Positions 46,889 through 48,429 of a stretch of DNA of 48,429 bases are shown here, piece after piece (the first letter of the stretch is position 1; the number at the start of each line of letters is the position of its first letter). A program made the translations under genes and the position numbers. The stretch comes from a virus. Lineage: Duplodnaviria; Caudoviricetes. The stretch lies in IMG/VR virus record IMGVR_UViG_3300037484_000515, positions 1-48,429 of that record, one strand, 5' to 3'. The notes under the pieces were generated by a model. The model ran no database searches. It was given only the letters and a program-made list of their open reading frames with translations, and was not told where the DNA came from.

Positions 46889-47488
46889 TTACTGCGTAAT
46901 CCAGCCCGTATAGCGCTGAACGACATCCACTCCGACACCACAGGTATCATTCGCCGAAGCGCCACCCGTCGAGAAATCAAGCTCGATCATCAAGTAGTTC
47001 GCGGCAGAAGCCGTAACTAATTGGGCGGCACTGAACGCATAGATACCATGCGCATCATAAGTTGTCGTCGCCAAATCATCATCCGTCGGGCCGAGAGCAA
47101 TAGTATCTTCATCGGCGTTCAAATGAAGTGGTCGCCAACTCATCGCGGCTGCCGCTAAATTGGTGGAATCCGTAGCGTTTGAAACCCACAACCTGACCAT
47201 GACGGTATCTGTAACGGTCAGAGTTATAGTGCCTCCCGCCCTGACTTCCACATTCAGCGCAATCGCATCGGGAAAGGGCTGTCCAAACCCAAACAGATTC
47301 ATAGCGCACGGTTTTCCAAATTCTGTTGCGTCATTGCCCGCGATAGAATCTATATCTATCGCATTGTAGCGCACGTAGTATTTGGTTTTCGGCCCAACAA
47401 ACCCATTGGGTGTATCGTCTGGTGTAACCGCTGCCCATAGTGGAAGAGCGAGAACGGCTACCAGCAGAATGCTAAGTAGTTTCTTCAT
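46889..47488 (-). CDS. Signal-peptide-bearing protein in the capsid-decoration position
   Basis: AAGGAGGAG RBS right after the capsid stop; MKKLLSILLVAVLALPLWA|A leader. Confidence 0.78.
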   Translation of the reverse strand: MKKLLSILLVAVLALPLWAAVTPDDTPNGFVGPKTKYYVRYNAIDIDSIAGNDATEFGKPCAMNLFGFGQPFPDAIALNVEVRAGGTITLTVTDTVMVRLWVSNATDSTNLAAAAMSWRPLHLNADEDTIALGPTDDDLATTTYDAHGIYAFSAAQLVTASAANYLMIELDFSTGGASANDTCGVGVDVVQRYTGWITQ

Positions 47489-47499
47489 TTCACTCCTCC

Positions 47500-47925
47500 T
47501 TATGAGTTGGTATAGTGGATTTGACCAGCGGTTTTGACAGCAATCACGGCATTGTCAATGCTGTTAAACCGCGCCTTTTGGAAGCCGAGCAGAGCTTTCA
47601 CGCCCACGCCGATATACTCATCATACCAGCCTCCGGCTTGCGCCCATTCTGGCCCGTAGCAATGAGCATAGCATCCGGCTTCCGCGCCCAAAAGCAGACC
47701 CGTGCAGCCATTTATCGTTCCGCCTACGCCCCACGTAGTCGCTGTCGGCATTCCGTAGTATTCATAGATCAACACGCCATACAACTTGCCGACAGGCATC
47801 GGCAATTGACCCGCCAGATTGCCCGTGCCGGTAAAGAGCGGATTGTCATTGCCTCGCGCATTGGCGTATTTCTGGTAATCTTCCCATGCGCTGCCCGCCG
47901 CGTATTTCAGATCGCCGATGGCATA
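47500..47925 (-). CDS. Major capsid protein, exon 2 (spliced product about 383 aa)
   Basis: Capsid C-terminal motifs NPLFTG, GKLYGVLIYE, LLLGAEA, GFQKARFN. Joins in frame to exon 1 as LHP|YAIGDLK. Confidence 0.88.
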   Translation of the reverse strand, partial: YAIGDLKYAAGSAWEDYQKYANARGNDNPLFTGTGNLAGQLPMPVGKLYGVLIYEYYGMPTATTWGVGGTINGCTGLLLGAEAGCYAHCYGPEWAQAGGWYDEYIGVGVKALLGFQKARFNSIDNAVIAVKTAGQIHYTNS

Positions 47926-48316
47926 CACTTATGTTCAACAGAGTTCGCTATGCTCTGCCCGTCCAGATTCCTGAACCGCTTCATGTTGCCATGAAGGTCG
48001 GACTATATCATCATCCCGTTTGGACGGGATGCTTCGCGCTTCGGATCGCTTGATCCTACTCTCTTTCGAGATAGTCTCTGAACTTATAGGAATTTTGTGT
48101 GGGCAAATACCGTAGTAACGCTTACCCCAATTGCAATTCATACAGAGTGTCTGAAAATCATTGGGGAAGTTGTTCTTAACCAACCAAGAATAAAAGATGT
48201 GTCCGCCGCGCTTTCCGGTCTTCAGTTCGCGGCGGTGTTTAGCACCATCATTTTCTATGTGGTCAATGGTCAAGAACAGTTCATTGGATTCACCGCAACA
48301 GGCACACTTACGACCA
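47926..48316 (-). ncRNA. Group I intron, 3' part (P7, P7.1, P7.2, P8, P9, omega-G); total intron 765 nt; IA-like
   Basis: R element GUUCAGAGACUA (about 48072-48083), S element GAUGAUAUAGUCC (48000-48012), P9 CUUCAUG-GCAA-CAUGAAG, terminal G at 47926. The 3' exon UAUG pairs with IGS CAUA (P10). Confidence 0.92.
47935..48316 (-). CDS. Intron-encoded HNH-type homing endonuclease, C-terminal part (about 219-223 aa in total)
   Basis: YGRKCACCG...LTIDHI...QTLCMNCNWGK: Zn-binding beta-beta-alpha-metal nuclease pattern. Confidence 0.85.
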
Positions 48317-48429
48317 TAATGATCCAGAACAACTCCACGCCTTTCGGTGCGATTTTGTCTTTCCCTGATGCGGCTATTTTCCCTGATTTCTGCTAAATGA
48401 CGTTGACGATACCTCGCCGTTATTTCATG
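48317..48429. repeat. Terminal overlap, identical to 1-113
   Basis: Direct sequence identity with 1-113. Confidence 0.97.

Noticed and set aside
31754-47488. Diversity-generating retroelement acting on fibre genes
   Set aside because: No reverse transcriptase and no TR/VR pair with adenine-specific mismatches was seen.
1-48429. Genome-wide stop-codon reassignment (prompted by the TAG in the methylase)
   Set aside because: Long genes are intact in the standard code and several end in TAG. The methylase needs a frameshift, not readthrough.

Overview
This window is an apparently complete, circularly assembled genome of a podovirus-like tailed dsDNA phage. It has 48,316 unique bp; bases 1-113 are repeated at 48317-48429. 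Almost all genes are on the minus strand: a late/packaging block (putative TerS, accessory genes, TerL, portal, scaffold), an N4-gp56-like major capsid gene, adaptor, nozzle and ejection proteins, a lysis cassette, and a recombination/replication block (Sak/Rad52, SSB, Gp157, replication initiator, Lar, Gp37/68, HigA-like, DNA methylase, resolvase). One plus-strand early block (14.3-18.5 kb) holds repeat-separated small genes and ends in a tyrosine recombinase. Main observations: (1) Six genes in the virion-morphogenesis module, including one with clear phage-fibre motifs, carry Sec-type signal peptides and are rich in the D-(S/T)-hydrophobic motif that is the Bacteroidota O-glycosylation sequon. 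The late region also encodes a GT-C membrane glycosyltransferase coupled to a B12-radical SAM enzyme. Together these suggest exported, glycosylated virion decoration parts added outside the cytoplasm (inference). (2) The capsid gene is split by a group I intron whose HNH ORF reads through the ribozyme core. (3) The DNA methylase is split at a prfB-like CTT-TAG +1 shift site. (4) A 49-aa ORF mimics the capsid segment at the intron site. All family calls come from motif recognition by eye, and all counts are hand counts; no searches were run.
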